A stretch of DNA of 64,000 bases from Microcoleus sp. (GCA_042408215.1 JAYFMW010000017.1:480001-544000); one strand, 5' to 3'. Positions 20,995 through 33,738 are shown, counted from the first letter of the stretch. Notes: a model not told the origin generated them from the sequence alone. Program-made: numbers and translations.

Positions 20995-21522
20995 AAATTT
21001 TTCAGAATAAGTTAATTGAATATATTATACAAAAATTTTAAAAAAACGTCAACCATTTACATCTGAAGGTTTGACACACAAAAACTAGACCGTGCGACCG
21101 TGCCAGCCATGCGACCGTGCCAGCCATACCAGCCCTACCAGTGCGACAGTCCGAGCCGTAGCAGTGCTTAGGGTGCGATTGTCCGAGCGTTACCCGTGCC
21201 GCCAGTCATCCAATCACCCCAAAACCGCACTACAGCGCGTCTATCCTGCAATTTTGGAGCCGTGGCAGCCGTGCCAAGTGTCCGAGATGTCGAGTCGATC
21301 GCCCCGAGTCGATCGGACTGCCGCCAATTTTGGAGTCTTATTGGTGGAAAACCCTACTAACTTCGGCCGAAATCAAAGCCTGCCTTGCTTTTGCAGCGGA
21401 TAGATACAATCCTGGACGCACTCCGACAAAGAAACCGGGTTTTTTACCTAATCTGTCGGTACAACCAAGTTTTTGGTAAAAAAACCCGGTTTCTGGGCCC
21501 CATGCGTACATCCTATAGATAA

Positions 21523-22518
21523 TTAGCCGCCGATTTGAGACATGGTGCGGCTATAATTTCCTTGAGTAGTTCCCGAATCTCGCTGCTTGAAATTAATCTC
21601 CGGTTTAATCTCCAATATCTGCCGCACTCGATCGCGCAATTCGCCCGTAGACACCCCATTCCGCAAAGCAGTTTTCAAATCAATTTGCCCCGTTTCGTTC
21701 AGCAGACAAGGCCGCAGCCACCCGTCAGCAGACAAACGCATCCGATTGCACCGATCGCAAAAACACTCGGACATCTGACTAATAAACCCTAAAGTACCCT
21801 TCGCCCCCGGAATTTGAAACACATCCGCCGGCCCATTTCCCCGCACTCCCGACTCCGCCAACCCGTATTTATCGCTAATTTGTTGCCGCAATTCTGCCGA
21901 AGCTACCCAACCTTTATCGCCAAATAAGTCCCCATTCCCGATCGGCATAAACTCAATAAAACGAACGTGCCAATTCCGGTTAATAGTTAATGCGGCCAAA
22001 TCCAATATTTCCCCATCATTAACACCAGGAATCACCACCACATTCAGTTTCAGCGGATCGAATCCAGCTTCATAAGCCGCTTGAATTCCTTCCCAAACTT
22101 GCATCCAGCGCGATCGCCCCCGACTACCAATTATCCGATCAAAAGTCTCCGGTTCCAGCGAATCCAAACTAATATTAATCCGGCGCAAACCAGCATTATA
22201 GAGATCTGCCGCCATTCCCGCCAACAAAAAGCCATTAGTTGTCATTGACAAATCTCGCGTTTCCGGCAAAGATGCGATCGCCCCAACCAACTCCACCACC
22301 CCAGGGCGCAACAGCGGTTCCCCACCAGTCAAGCGAAACTTAGTAAATCCCACGGGTATGAAAACTTCCCGCAGCAAAGTTAGCAATTCCGAGTGAGTTA
22401 GCAACTGCTGCTGCAAAACATAGTCCAAGTCGCTACCTTCCGGCATACAATAGAGACAGCGGAAATTGCAGCGGTCTATCAAACTAATCCGAAGGTAGTC
22501 TACAGGGTTCATTGTCAA
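21523..22518 (-). CDS. moaA: GTP 3',8-cyclase
   Basis: [41 protein letters not shown]. Confidence 0.97.
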   Translation of the reverse strand: MTMNPVDYLRISLIDRCNFRCLYCMPEGSDLDYVLQQQLLTHSELLTLLREVFIPVGFTKFRLTGGEPLLRPGVVELVGAIASLPETRDLSMTTNGFLLAGMAADLYNAGLRRINISLDSLEPETFDRIIGSRGRSRWMQVWEGIQAAYEAGFDPLKLNVVVIPGVNDGEILDLAALTINRNWHVRFIEFMPIGNGDLFGDKGWVASAELRQQISDKYGLAESGVRGNGPADVFQIPGAKGTLGFISQMSECFCDRCNRMRLSADGWLRPCLLNETGQIDLKTALRNGVSTGELRDRVRQILEIKPEINFKQRDSGTTQGNYSRTMSQIGG

Positions 22519-22580
22519 TAGTTTGTAATATTATGTAATTATAAATGCTGACTCCATTTTCTGCAATTATTGATAGAGAC

Positions 22581-22878
22581 CTCAATTTCTTCTCTCTTAA
22601 CTCTCTTACTCTGCGCCCTCTGCGCCCTCTGCGGTAAATAAAAAAAATCTCAATCACAACTCAAACAAACTCCCTACTCAATTGCTTGTCTCTTACTCTC
22701 TCCTCTCTTCCTCAGCGCCCTCTGCGCCCTCTGCGGTAAATAAAAAAAAATCTCAATCACAACTCAAACAAACTCCCTACTCAATTTCTTCTCTCTTACT
22801 CTCTCCTCTCTCCTCTCTTCCTCTGCGCCCTCTGCGGTAAATAAAAAAATCTCAATCACAACTCCAATAAACTCCCTA
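22581..22878 (+). repeat. About 3 x ~100-bp tandem unit containing CTCTGCGCCCTCTGCGGT
   Basis: Seen directly; ends 5 nt before the narM ATG. Confidence 0.85.
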
Positions 22879-22883
22879 AATTT

Positions 22884-23333
22884 ATGTTCTTTAAATTTGA
22901 AGCCGATTTTGTAGAAGCCCTCCGCTGCATTCCCATGCAAGTACGCCTCAAGTTAGATACTTGTGGAATTAAACTCAAGTTGCAAGATTGGAATCATTTT
23001 ACTCAAACAGAACGTCAAACTCTTGTAGAACTTCCTTGCTGGACAAGTGCAGAAATTTTTGCTTACCGAGAACAGCTAAATCAAATACTCATTAAACATA
23101 CTGGTAAATCTGGAACTGATTTACCCGTCGATGAAAATCCGCCGTGGATGGATGCTGCAACAGTACCAGAATCTGTGACAGCAAAGGCGCAAGAGTTTGA
23201 TTTGACTATTACTTTGGCACAATGGAGGGCTTTGGGGGCGATCGAGCGATTTGCTTTAATCAAACTTAGTCGATCGAGCCACGAGAATAAAAACTTTCTC
23301 CCGGCGGTTCGAGAGTTTGGCATTGTGGATTGA
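22884..23333 (+). CDS. narM: Nitrate reductase-associated protein NarM
   Basis: FKFEADFV..LRCIPM.VR.KLDTCG.KL; RFALIKLSR..HEN.NF.PA..EF; divergent from moaA. Confidence 0.88.
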   Translation: MFFKFEADFVEALRCIPMQVRLKLDTCGIKLKLQDWNHFTQTERQTLVELPCWTSAEIFAYREQLNQILIKHTGKSGTDLPVDENPPWMDAATVPESVTAKAQEFDLTITLAQWRALGAIERFALIKLSRSSHENKNFLPAVREFGIVD

Positions 23334-23365
23334 CACTCCCCAGCCTAAAGGCGTGGGGATGCTTG
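23330..23365 (-). mobile_element. Orphan IS200/IS605 right-end hairpin
   Basis: Minus strand CCCCACGCCTTTAGGCTGGGGAGTGTCAA: hairpin plus terminal TCAA. Confidence 0.6.
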
Positions 23366-23703
23366 CCTAGGAACCAGTAGAAGCAAGGGAAGATATCTGA
23401 GTAATCGCAAGGTTACTCACTAAGTGAGATATACTTACTGTAAGTTACGGTAAACAAAGTGTGAAGTGGGGCGATCGCACATTTCTCCTGCTGAGCCCAC
23501 AGACGTGGAATCTAGCGTCAAATCATCTCCCACTCTGCCACTCTGCCATCACAGGTCGATCGCCCCAAAAGATTTCTGAGTCCATCGACACCAAAACCCA
23601 AAAAAATCATTAATTTAATTTTAAGTATTGTTACCGCAGCGTGGTAATATTTTTGTGAGCTTGCAAAGCAATCGCCAGCTACCTGCATTAGTTTCTGAGC
23701 TCC

Positions 23704-24156
23704 GTGAACACGCCAAACACACCCACCGAACCCGCACCAGCAACCGAGGATCATCCTCAGACTGGCACTGTCTCGACAGTCTCGTCAGAGACAGGCAATC
23801 CCATGCAAGACTTTTATCGCCTCCAACAAGAGTTGTTGGCGTACACCCTTGCATTTACGGCGATAATTTTTATCTCCGTTTGGATTTTTTACTCCCTCAA
23901 CATGGCCCTGAATTATTTGCTTGGGGCGAGCACAGGTGTGGTTTACTTAAAGATGTTGGCTAGAGATGTTGAGCGAATCGGCAGCGAAAATCAACGAATT
24001 AGTAAGACAAGGCTGGCTCTGCTTATTGGGTTGATCATCATAGCAACTCGGCTGGATCAGTTACAGATTTTGCCAATATTTTTGGGATTTCTGACTTACA
24101 AAATTTCGCTGATGATTTACGTGCTGCAAAGTGCATTAGCACCAGACTCCAGGTAG
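23704..24156 (+). CDS. atp1: ATP synthase protein I (Atp1/UncI)
   Basis: First gene of the atp operon; [22 protein letters not shown]; start uncertain. Confidence 0.88.
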   Translation: MNTPNTPTEPAPATEDHPQTGTVSTVSSETGNPMQDFYRLQQELLAYTLAFTAIIFISVWIFYSLNMALNYLLGASTGVVYLKMLARDVERIGSENQRISKTRLALLIGLIIIATRLDQLQILPIFLGFLTYKISLMIYVLQSALAPDSR

Positions 24157-24210
24157 TTTGGGCAATCTAGTAAAACTCAACTCATAGATTTGTATGGGGA
24201 AGCCCGTTGA

Positions 24211-24969
24211 ATGGCAATGCTTGACGTTCTAAACATCTTTAATCGTTTCCCCCTCGCAAAATTGGAGGTTGGCCAGCAGTTGTACTGGCAACTGGGCAAT
24301 CTGAAAGTGCACGGGCAGGTTTTTCTAACCTCGTGGTTTGTAATTGCCGTTTTAGTTATAGTTTCGATTTTAGGAACCAGCAAAATCCAAAGAATTCCCA
24401 GCGGAATGCAAAATTTAATGGAGTATGCGCTGGAATTTATTCGGGACTTGGCTAAAAACCAAATTGGGGAAAAAGAATATCGCCCCTGGGTACCATTTGT
24501 TGGTACGTTATTTCTGTTCATCTTTGTGTCAAACTGGTCTGGGGCTCTAATTCCTTGGAAGCTGATTAAGCTGCCATCGGGAGAATTGGGAGCACCTACG
24601 GCTGACATCAATACGACGATCGCATTTGCACTGCTGACTTCTCTAGCATATTTTTATGCAGGTCTCAGCAAAAGTGGCTTGGGGTATTTCGCCCACTATG
24701 TAGAACCGGTGCCTTTCATGTTGCCGTTCAAAATCATAGAAGATTTCACTAAGCCTCTTTCCCTAAGTTTCCGTTTGTTTGGCAACATCCTTGCTGACGA
24801 ATTGGTAGTCGGAGTGCTGGTGTTGCTAGTGCCTTTATTTGTGCCTTTGCCAGTAATGGTTCTGGGACTATTTACAAGTGCCATTCAAGCTTTGATTTTT
24901 GCTACCCTAGCAGCAGCCTACATAGGCGAGGCTCTAGAGGGCGGTCACGGCGACGAACATCACGATTAA
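24211..24969 (+). CDS. atpB: ATP synthase subunit a (cyanobacterial atpI)
   Basis: [31 protein letters not shown]. Confidence 0.98.
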   Translation: MAMLDVLNIFNRFPLAKLEVGQQLYWQLGNLKVHGQVFLTSWFVIAVLVIVSILGTSKIQRIPSGMQNLMEYALEFIRDLAKNQIGEKEYRPWVPFVGTLFLFIFVSNWSGALIPWKLIKLPSGELGAPTADINTTIAFALLTSLAYFYAGLSKSGLGYFAHYVEPVPFMLPFKIIEDFTKPLSLSFRLFGNILADELVVGVLVLLVPLFVPLPVMVLGLFTSAIQALIFATLAAAYIGEALEGGHGDEHHD

Positions 24970-25081
24970 CAACGGTGAACGGCGCAGAATAAGGGAGGAA
25001 ATATAAAATTTCTGAACTCAAAATTCTCCTCGTGAAATCGGACGAATCTGTAAAAATTCAGTTGACAATTTTGTACTTTAG

Positions 25082-25342
<261 letters not shown>

Positions 25343-25442
25343 TAATTTGGGGTCTGAGATTTTGGATTTTGGATTTGAATTACCATCCAAAATCCAAAGT
25401 CGAAAATCTCAAATAGAATTAGGTGGGAGCCGTCAAAAAAAC

Positions 25443-25928
25443 ATGATGCACTGGACAGTATTACTAGCAGTTGAAGAAGCAGCAAAGGAAGGCGGACTTT
25501 TTGATATAGATGCTACGCTGCCTCTGATGGCGGTGCAGTTCTTGATTCTAGTCGCAGTCTTGAATGTAATTTTTTACAAGCCGCTCACTAAGTCAATTGA
25601 GGAACGGGCAGATTACATTCGCAACACTAAAGTTGCAGCGAAAGAACGCTTGGCAAAAGCTCAGCAACTAGCGCAGCAGTATGAGCAAAAACTGGGAGAA
25701 ACTCGCAGGGAGTCTCAAAAGGTAATTGCTGTTGCTCAAGCAGATGCTCAAAAAATCGCGGCGGCGAAAGTAGCTGAGGCTCAAAAAGAAGCTCAAGTCG
25801 CGCGCTCTAAAGCAGGACAAGAGATTGAGCAGCAAAAGCAAGATGCAATGCGATCGCTAGAACAAGAAGTGGACTCCCTGAGCCGCCAAATTCTAGAGAA
25901 GCTATTAGGGCCGGAGCTGGTCAAATAG
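25443..25928 (+). CDS. atpG: ATP synthase subunit b'
   Basis: [17 protein letters not shown]; start re-placed to ATG 25443; cyanobacterial nomenclature. Confidence 0.93.
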   Translation: MMHWTVLLAVEEAAKEGGLFDIDATLPLMAVQFLILVAVLNVIFYKPLTKSIEERADYIRNTKVAAKERLAKAQQLAQQYEQKLGETRRESQKVIAVAQADAQKIAAAKVAEAQKEAQVARSKAGQEIEQQKQDAMRSLEQEVDSLSRQILEKLLGPELVK

Positions 25929-26015
25929 TGAAATTGAAGAGTTTTAGATTTTGGACTAAATCTAAAATCTAAAATTGGTTCAGCCCACCTGCACGCGCAA
26001 TTATGGAAGACTATC

Positions 26016-26543
26016 ATGGGGACTGTTTTATTGCTAGCCACAGAAGCTAGCCGGGAAGGTGGTTTCGGTTTCAATTTCGATATTTTAGAAACCAATCTGA
26101 TTAACCTGGTCATTATTATTGCAGTGCTGTTTTATTTCGGGCGCGACTTTTTAGGAAACATCCTGAATGAGAGGCGTTCGGGCATCGAAGAGGCGATTCA
26201 AGAAGCAGAAAAACGCCAAAAAGATGCCGCAGCAGCTCTAGCAGAGCAACAGCAAAAATTGACTCAAGCACAAGCAGAAGCGGAACGAATTCGATCGACT
26301 GCTGAAGCAACTGCGAAGAAAGCAAAAGAAGCAATTCTAGCTCAGTCGGCGCAGGACGTTGAACGCATGAAAGCAACAGCAGGTCAAGAGTTGGAATCGG
26401 AGCGGGAAAGAGCGATCGCCCAACTCAGATCTGCCGTTGTATCTATGGCATTAGAAAGGGTGGAAGGCCAGCTAAAAACTAGCTTGAACGAAAACGCTCA
26501 ACACCAATTAATCGATCGCAGCATTGCCTTACTGGGAGGCTAA
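26016..26543 (+). CDS. atpF: ATP synthase subunit b
   Basis: [15 protein letters not shown]. Confidence 0.95.
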   Translation: MGTVLLLATEASREGGFGFNFDILETNLINLVIIIAVLFYFGRDFLGNILNERRSGIEEAIQEAEKRQKDAAAALAEQQQKLTQAQAEAERIRSTAEATAKKAKEAILAQSAQDVERMKATAGQELESERERAIAQLRSAVVSMALERVEGQLKTSLNENAQHQLIDRSIALLGG

Positions 26544-26546
26544 AAC

Positions 26547-27092
26547 GTGAGTAAAGTCAGCACAGAAGTCTTACAGCCTTACGCATCCGCTTTGATGTCA
26601 CTGGCTAAGTCTAACAATCTCTCAGAGCAGTTCGGCAATGACATTCGTTCCTTGCTGAGCCTACTAGAAAGTTCGGAGGAACTGCGTCAATTTTTAGCCA
26701 ATCCTCTGATTAAACCGGATGCTAAAAAAGCTGTCATCCAGCAAATAGCGGGGGAAGAAATGAACCCATTGATGCGAAACTTTCTGAGACTGTTAGTAGA
26801 CAAAGGAAGGATTCTTTTTTTAGAAGGAATTGGCAAACAATACTTGACCAAGCTCCGAGAACTCAACCAGACAGTATTGGCTGAAGTTACCTCGGCTGTA
26901 CCGCTTTCAGATGCTCAACAGCAGACTGTTCGCGAAAAAGTGCAGGCGATGACAAGCGCAAGGGAAGTGGAAATTGAAACCAAAATTGACGCAGATTTAA
27001 TCGGCGGTGTCGTGATTAAAGTAGGCTCTCAAGTGATTGATGCCAGCCTGCGGGGACAATTGCGCCGTCTGGGAATTCGCTTGAGTTCTTGA
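26547..27092 (+). CDS. atpH: ATP synthase subunit delta (cyanobacterial atpD)
   Basis: PYA.AL..LA; DLIGGVVIKVGSQVIDASLRGQL. Confidence 0.96.
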   Translation: MSKVSTEVLQPYASALMSLAKSNNLSEQFGNDIRSLLSLLESSEELRQFLANPLIKPDAKKAVIQQIAGEEMNPLMRNFLRLLVDKGRILFLEGIGKQYLTKLRELNQTVLAEVTSAVPLSDAQQQTVREKVQAMTSAREVEIETKIDADLIGGVVIKVGSQVIDASLRGQLRRLGIRLSS

Positions 27093-27275
27093 TAGAAGGA
27101 AGTTCGGCAACGGATTATGTAACGGATGTAACGGATAGAAGGAAGTTCGGCAACGGATTATGTAACGGATGTAACGGATAGAAGGAAGTTCGGCAACGGA
27201 TTATGTAACGGATGTAACGGATGTAACGGATAGAAGGAAAAAGGAAAAAGGAAAAAGGAAGAAGGAAGAAGGAAT
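27091..27275 (+). repeat. 3 x 43-bp tandem GATAGAAGGAAGTTCGGCAACGGATTATGTAACGGATGTAACG plus GAAGGAA run inside the atp operon
   Basis: Units start at 27091, 27134 and 27177. Confidence 0.9.
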
Positions 27276-27400
27276 ACAGGAACTAGGAATACATTAATTT
27301 CTATTGCCGAGTTTTTAATCCCCAATTCTTATTACAAAATTCTAAGGCTTTCTTACCGAAAACATCGACTGACAACTGACCAATGACAACAAACAATTGA

Positions 27401-28933
<1,533 letters not shown>

Positions 28934-28975
28934 TTAGTTATTGGTCATCAATCATTGGTCATTAGTTAAGTCGCA

Positions 28976-29128
28976 GATCCCCCCTAGCCCCCCTTAAGAA
29001 GGGGGGAACTGGAAGCAGTCACATTCCTCCTTCTTAAGGAGGAACTATAAGCAGTCAAAGTCCTCCTTCTTAAGGAGGAACTATAAGCAGTCAAAGTCCC
29101 CCTTATTAAGGGGGATTTAGGGGGATCG
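28976..29128. repeat. Composite palindromic element GATCCCCCCTAGCCCCCCTTAAGAAGGGGGG...GGGGGATTTAGGGGGATC
   Basis: Same family as the aroE array core. Confidence 0.85.
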
Positions 29129-29278
29129 AAACTTGGCTGCAACCCTAATTTAGACTTAGTTTTAGCCTGATAGTTGACTCAAATGCGTAATGCCGTGTCT
29201 CTACCGTAGCTAAACTTAAAAATTGATGGCTGGAAACTAAGAACTCAGAAATAAAGGCTAAGAAAAAAGGAGAACGTT

Positions 29279-30229
29279 ATGGCAAATCTGAAAACTATTC
29301 GCGATCGCATTAAGTCGGTCAAGAACACTAAAAAGATTACAGAAGCAATGCGCTTGGTGGCTGCTGCAAAGGTGCGCCGCGCTCAAGAACAGGTGACTGC
29401 AACTCGGCCTTTTGCCGATCGACTCGCAGAAGTATTGTACGGTTTGGCGGAACGCTTACAATTTGAAAATGTTGACTTACCGCTGTTGAAAAAACGCGAA
29501 GTCAGATGTGTGGGATTGTTGGTAGTTTCGGGCGATCGGGGTTTGTGCGGCGGCTACAATAGCGGTATTATCAAACGGGCTGAGATTCGCGCTAAGGAAC
29601 TGAAAGCGGAAGGCTTAGACTACAAATTTGTGTTGGTAGGACGCAAATCTGTTCAGTATTTCCAACGCCGCGAACAGCCCATTGATGCGACTTACACTAA
29701 CTTAGAACAGATTCCGACAGCACCGGAAGCAGCAGGAATTGCTGATGAATTGCTGTCGCTATTTCTGTCAGGAACCGTGGACAGAGTTGAGTTAATTTAC
29801 ACCAAGTTTGTGTCGCTAATTAGTTCGCGGCCGGTGATTCAAACTTTGCTTCCCCTCGACCCCCAAGGTTTGGAAGTTCAGGATGATGAAATCTTCCGTT
29901 TGACTTCGCAAGGCGGACAGTTTCAAGTATCGCGAGACAAGGTTACAGCACCTAAGAAGAGTTTGCCGCGCGACATGATTTTCGAGCAAGATCCGGCGCA
30001 AATTTTGGATGCTCTTTTGCCCTTGTATTTGAACAACCAATTGCTGCGGGCTTTGCAAGAGTCTGCTGCGAGTGAGTTGGCTGCGCGGATGACTGCGATG
30101 AATAATGCTAGTGAGAATGCTAGCGATTTGATTGGTAGTTTGACGCTGACTTATAACAAGGCGCGGCAAGCGGCAATTACTCAGGAAATCCTGGAAGTTT
30201 GCGGCGGTGCTGAGGCTTTGAATGGTTAG
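29279..30229 (+). CDS. atpC: ATP synthase subunit gamma
   Basis: [34 protein letters not shown]. Confidence 0.98.
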   Translation: MANLKTIRDRIKSVKNTKKITEAMRLVAAAKVRRAQEQVTATRPFADRLAEVLYGLAERLQFENVDLPLLKKREVRCVGLLVVSGDRGLCGGYNSGIIKRAEIRAKELKAEGLDYKFVLVGRKSVQYFQRREQPIDATYTNLEQIPTAPEAAGIADELLSLFLSGTVDRVELIYTKFVSLISSRPVIQTLLPLDPQGLEVQDDEIFRLTSQGGQFQVSRDKVTAPKKSLPRDMIFEQDPAQILDALLPLYLNNQLLRALQESAASELAARMTAMNNASENASDLIGSLTLTYNKARQAAITQEILEVCGGAEALNG

Positions 30230-30260
30230 GTTGGGGTTGACAATTTGTTGATTTTATGCT

Positions 30261-30288
30261 GTCTGGGGGAACTCAGGCGCTTTTTTTT
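30261..30288 (+). terminator. Terminator after the atp operon
   Basis: GTCTGGG-GGAA-CTCAGGC hairpin plus T8. Confidence 0.7.
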
Positions 30289-30504
30289 AAGATGATTCGG
30301 CGGTTGATTCGGCGGTTGATTCGGCGGTTGAAACCGCTTCTACACAAACGAAGTCCGCCTGCGCGGACTAAGAGATAAAGTTGTTACAATTGAGGGTAGG
30401 GGGCTGAAAGATTTGTGGCAGACACCTATTGACATTCTTCCCGGATTGGGTAACTATTGAGTTGTAGTATTAGAGGTAAGCAACTCTTGGAGACTCAATC
30501 AGAA

Positions 30505-31128
30505 GTGACCCTTTCCATCGGAGAAGCCGCCAAAGAGCTTGGTATTTCGACAAAGACACTGAGACGCTGGACTGATGCAGACAAGATTAGGTTTGAACGC
30601 TCTCCCACTGGACAAAGACGATTCTACCTTGCCGATATCAAGCGAATCATTCCCAGAGACTTGAATCAGACAGATGAGCGAATCACTATCAATTATGCCA
30701 GAGTTTCTAGTCACGACCAAAAAGAAGATTTGAAGCGTCAGGCTGCTGTCTTGGAATCGTTTAGTGCTGCTAATGGCTGGCAATTTGAGACAATTCAAGA
30801 CTTAGGTTCTGGATTGAACTACAAGAAAAAAGGACTAACAAAACTACTCAAAAGAATCATGTCCGGTGAAGTTGGCAGACTTGTTATTACCCACAAAGAC
30901 AGGCTTCTTAGATTTGGTTCCGAGTTAGTCTTTGCAATGTGTGAAGAGTTTGAATGCGAGGTAGTAATTGTCAACAAATCACCGGATGAGTTGAGTTTTG
31001 AACAGGAATTAGTTCAAGACATGATTGAATTAATTCAAGTCTTTAGCGCTAGACTTTACGGAGCTAGAAGCCACAAAAACCAAAAACTGATTGATGGTAT
31101 AGCTAAAGCAGTGGAGGCTGTAAAATAA
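30505..31128 (+). CDS. tnpA: IS607 serine-recombinase transposase TnpA
   Basis: MerR-like HTH SIGEAAKELGISTKTLRRW, YARVSS, DRLLRFG, VFSARLYG; GTG start inferred. Confidence 0.93.
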   Translation: MTLSIGEAAKELGISTKTLRRWTDADKIRFERSPTGQRRFYLADIKRIIPRDLNQTDERITINYARVSSHDQKEDLKRQAAVLESFSAANGWQFETIQDLGSGLNYKKKGLTKLLKRIMSGEVGRLVITHKDRLLRFGSELVFAMCEEFECEVVIVNKSPDELSFEQELVQDMIELIQVFSARLYGARSHKNQKLIDGIAKAVEAVK

Positions 31129-32255
31129 TGCTACTCAGTTTCAAGACGGAATTAAAACCTAATAACAGACAGGTGACTCTATTTCGTCAACACTGTGGAG
31201 TAGCCAGACACGCTTACAATTTTGGCAATGCTGTTATTCAGGAAGCTTTACAACTTAGAGAGACTGACAAAGCAATCAAAATCCCCTCTGCTATTGACTT
31301 GCACAAACGTCTAGTCGCTGAGATTAAACCAGTTAATCCCTGGTACTATCAAAGCTCTAAAGCAAGTCCACAACAAGCTTTAGCAGAGGTAAGGACGGCA
31401 TGGGATAGATGTTTCAAAAAAGTCTCCAAACAGCCTAAGTTCAAGAAAAAAGGCAAGTCAAAAGACAGTTTTTATCTTGAGCAAGGCACTAAAGCCAAGC
31501 CTGGCATCAGCAATGATGGTAAGCGAGTCAAACTCCCTAAAATTGGTTGGGTTATACTGCACGAACCTTTACCTATCACATCTACCCATAACTGCGTAAT
31601 TAGTCGCACTGCTGAGCAATGGTTTATAGCTATCAAGTATGAGATTGAACAGCCTCCAACACCACTAAATCGCCCCTCTGTTGGCGTTGATATTGGTATC
31701 AAGGAATTGGCTATTACCAGTGACGGGAAGGTTTTTGCCAACCCTAAAGCTGACCGCAAAATGAGTAAAAAAATGAAGCGATTGCAGCGTTCTGTCAGTC
31801 GCAAAGCTAAAGGCTCAAAGAACCGGACTAAAGCCGTTAGAAAGTTAGCAAAGCTGCATTCTCGCATCTCATTCATCCGCAAAGATGCTATTCACAAACT
31901 CACTAATTATCTCGCTAAAAACCACAGCGTGATTAAAATTGAGGACTTGAATGTCAAAGCATTTTTGAAAAATCACAAATTGGCGGGTGCAATTGCAGAT
32001 TGTGGGATGTACGAATTTCAGCGACAACTAGAATACAAAACTGAAAAGTTTTCTAGTCAGTTGATTCTAGTTGACCGCTTTTTTCCGAGTTCTCAGATTT
32101 GCTCAAATTGTGGAAATCACCGCCACAAAATGCCATTAAAGAATCGAGTTTATGTGTGTCCTGATTGCGGTCACACAGAAGACAGAGACTTGAATGCTGC
32201 TAAAAATATCGAGCGATGGTTTGAAGGAATTCACGTTCCGATTCGCTCAGATTGA
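31128..32255 (+). CDS. tnpB: RNA-guided nuclease TnpB
   Basis: RuvC GVDIGI / IEDL / DRDLNAA, Zn finger CSNC..CPDC. Confidence 0.95.
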   Translation: MLLSFKTELKPNNRQVTLFRQHCGVARHAYNFGNAVIQEALQLRETDKAIKIPSAIDLHKRLVAEIKPVNPWYYQSSKASPQQALAEVRTAWDRCFKKVSKQPKFKKKGKSKDSFYLEQGTKAKPGISNDGKRVKLPKIGWVILHEPLPITSTHNCVISRTAEQWFIAIKYEIEQPPTPLNRPSVGVDIGIKELAITSDGKVFANPKADRKMSKKMKRLQRSVSRKAKGSKNRTKAVRKLAKLHSRISFIRKDAIHKLTNYLAKNHSVIKIEDLNVKAFLKNHKLAGAIADCGMYEFQRQLEYKTEKFSSQLILVDRFFPSSQICSNCGNHRHKMPLKNRVYVCPDCGHTEDRDLNAAKNIERWFEGIHVPIRSD

Positions 32256-32638
32256 ATGAATCAAACGGTAAGCTCTACCGAGATTGCCTGTGGAGTAGAC
32301 AAACCCTCAGAAGTCATTCTGAGACTACGCTGAAACAGGAAATAAGCATCAGAGTAAAAACATCTAACGGTGTCTAACTTTGTCTAAGTCTTATAGAGCG
32401 GCTATGTACTAACAAAGCCAAACTCAATATTTTTTGCAGAAACCGCGTTTGTGAGCGTAAATCATACCTAGATTAATGATTTTTAGCGTTTTTTGCGGAA
32501 AATGGCATTATTTGCCATTTTGCATTAGTATGCACTATGGTATATAGTTAAATTAATGCACCTGTATGCAAAAAGCTGGTTTTTAGGCAAACTACATAAA
32601 AATGTCAAAATGTATATGTTGTAAAGCCTTGAGCCTGT

Positions 32639-32824
32639 ATGGATGACAAGAAGACTGTGGCTATTAGAGTAGAAATGCCGCCGGAGCTGCGGAATCGATT
32701 TAAGTCGGCTGTTGCTAGGGATGGTAAAAATATGAGGGATGTTTTGCTGGAATTTATGGAGGGATATGTCAAGCAGGCTGAGCAACCTAAAATAGAAGCA
32801 AGTCAAAACCAAAACAACACATAG
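32639..32824 (+). CDS. Ribbon-helix-helix (ParG/CopG-like) protein
   Basis: VAIRVEMP.ELR.RFK..VA..G.NMRDVL.EF. Confidence 0.75.
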   Translation: MDDKKTVAIRVEMPPELRNRFKSAVARDGKNMRDVLLEFMEGYVKQAEQPKIEASQNQNNT

Positions 32825-32898
32825 CTGCTGCGTGCAGGGGTGGAGCGAAGGCATACAGGGCAAGACATTTAGTTGTTCAATTGTAAGGGAAGTCTGAA

Positions 32899-33102
32899 GT
32901 GAGGAGCGATCGCGTACCGAATCCAAAGCCAGAAAACGTACATCATGTTACAGAGCCTGAACTCTGTGAAAAGATGGGCGAAAAATACAACTGGCGGCTA
33001 AAAGAAATCCGAGTGACTCGTAACAGCCCCCCTGATGTGGCTTGCGTGTTTGACGGGGAACAAACCTCGTTTCAGGATATGTGGCAAGATTACCAAGATT
33101 AA
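32899..33102 (+). CDS. Hypothetical protein (67 aa)
   Basis: AAGGGA RBS, GTG start, operon-like spacing. Confidence 0.55.
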   Translation: MRSDRVPNPKPENVHHVTEPELCEKMGEKYNWRLKEIRVTRNSPPDVACVFDGEQTSFQDMWQDYQD

Positions 33103-33118
33103 AGTAAAGGGAGGAAAA

Positions 33119-33493
33119 ATGGCTAAAAAAATCTGGATTGTCTACAAAACCGAAAGCATGAGTGCTCCCGGCTGGGAAGAACGTCAACTCATGCCGAGGG
33201 GCGGTTTAACTAATATACTTTGGGAGAATTGGACTTGGGAAGAAAACCCAGAAATTCCTCAAGTAGGGGAGAAAACTCGCGATTACGAGAATCTATCTGA
33301 CCCCGGTAATGGAGTTACTCACGGGAAAGATGGAGACTGGGTAGTTACTCGCGTTCAGCAGTTTTCTGCTTTGGATACTGAGGAACGCATTGTGGTTTGT
33401 TACTGTTCTTACCAACCTGTCGCATCTGATTGGGAACCCCTAACACAAAGTGAGTCTGTCAATGAAATGCTAGCAACTATCGAGCAATATTGA
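33119..33493 (+). CDS. Hypothetical protein (124 aa)
   Basis: GGGAGG RBS before ATG 33119. Confidence 0.65.
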   Translation: MAKKIWIVYKTESMSAPGWEERQLMPRGGLTNILWENWTWEENPEIPQVGEKTRDYENLSDPGNGVTHGKDGDWVVTRVQQFSALDTEERIVVCYCSYQPVASDWEPLTQSESVNEMLATIEQY

Positions 33494-33523
33494 CTGGGTA
33501 ATTATTCAGTAAAATGCGATCGC

Positions 33524-33736
33524 CTATTCCTGGACAATTTCCACCAAGTCTTCAATCATCACATCAAAGGTGCGGGCCAATTTCTGTATGGAAATGAAGT
33601 CAATGGTTGACACTCCCGGACATCTGGCGTAGTGTCTGACGGTGCTGTAAATTACTCCCGATCGCTCGGAAACCTCTTTTAGCGTCCAACCTTTTTCAGC
33701 AGCAAATTCCCTGACTTTTAGTCTGACTAAACCCAT
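33524..33736 (-). CDS. XRE/Cro-family HTH regulator, copy 1 (70 aa)
   Basis: MGLVRLKVREFAAEKGWTLKEVSERSGVIYSTVRHY; start set by paralog alignment. Confidence 0.9.
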   Translation of the reverse strand: MGLVRLKVREFAAEKGWTLKEVSERSGVIYSTVRHYARCPGVSTIDFISIQKLARTFDVMIEDLVEIVQE

Positions 33737-33738
33737 AC

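Larger units (their letters stand above)
30402..32401 (+). mobile_element. IS607-family element (tnpA + tnpB); ends inferred
   Basis: Serine recombinase and TnpB overlapping at TAATG; GG at both inferred ends; TGTCTAA direct repeats near the right end. Confidence 0.8.

Noticed and set aside
27091..27235. Possible CRISPR/mini-array in the atp operon
   Set aside because: Identical 43-bp tandem units with no unique spacers
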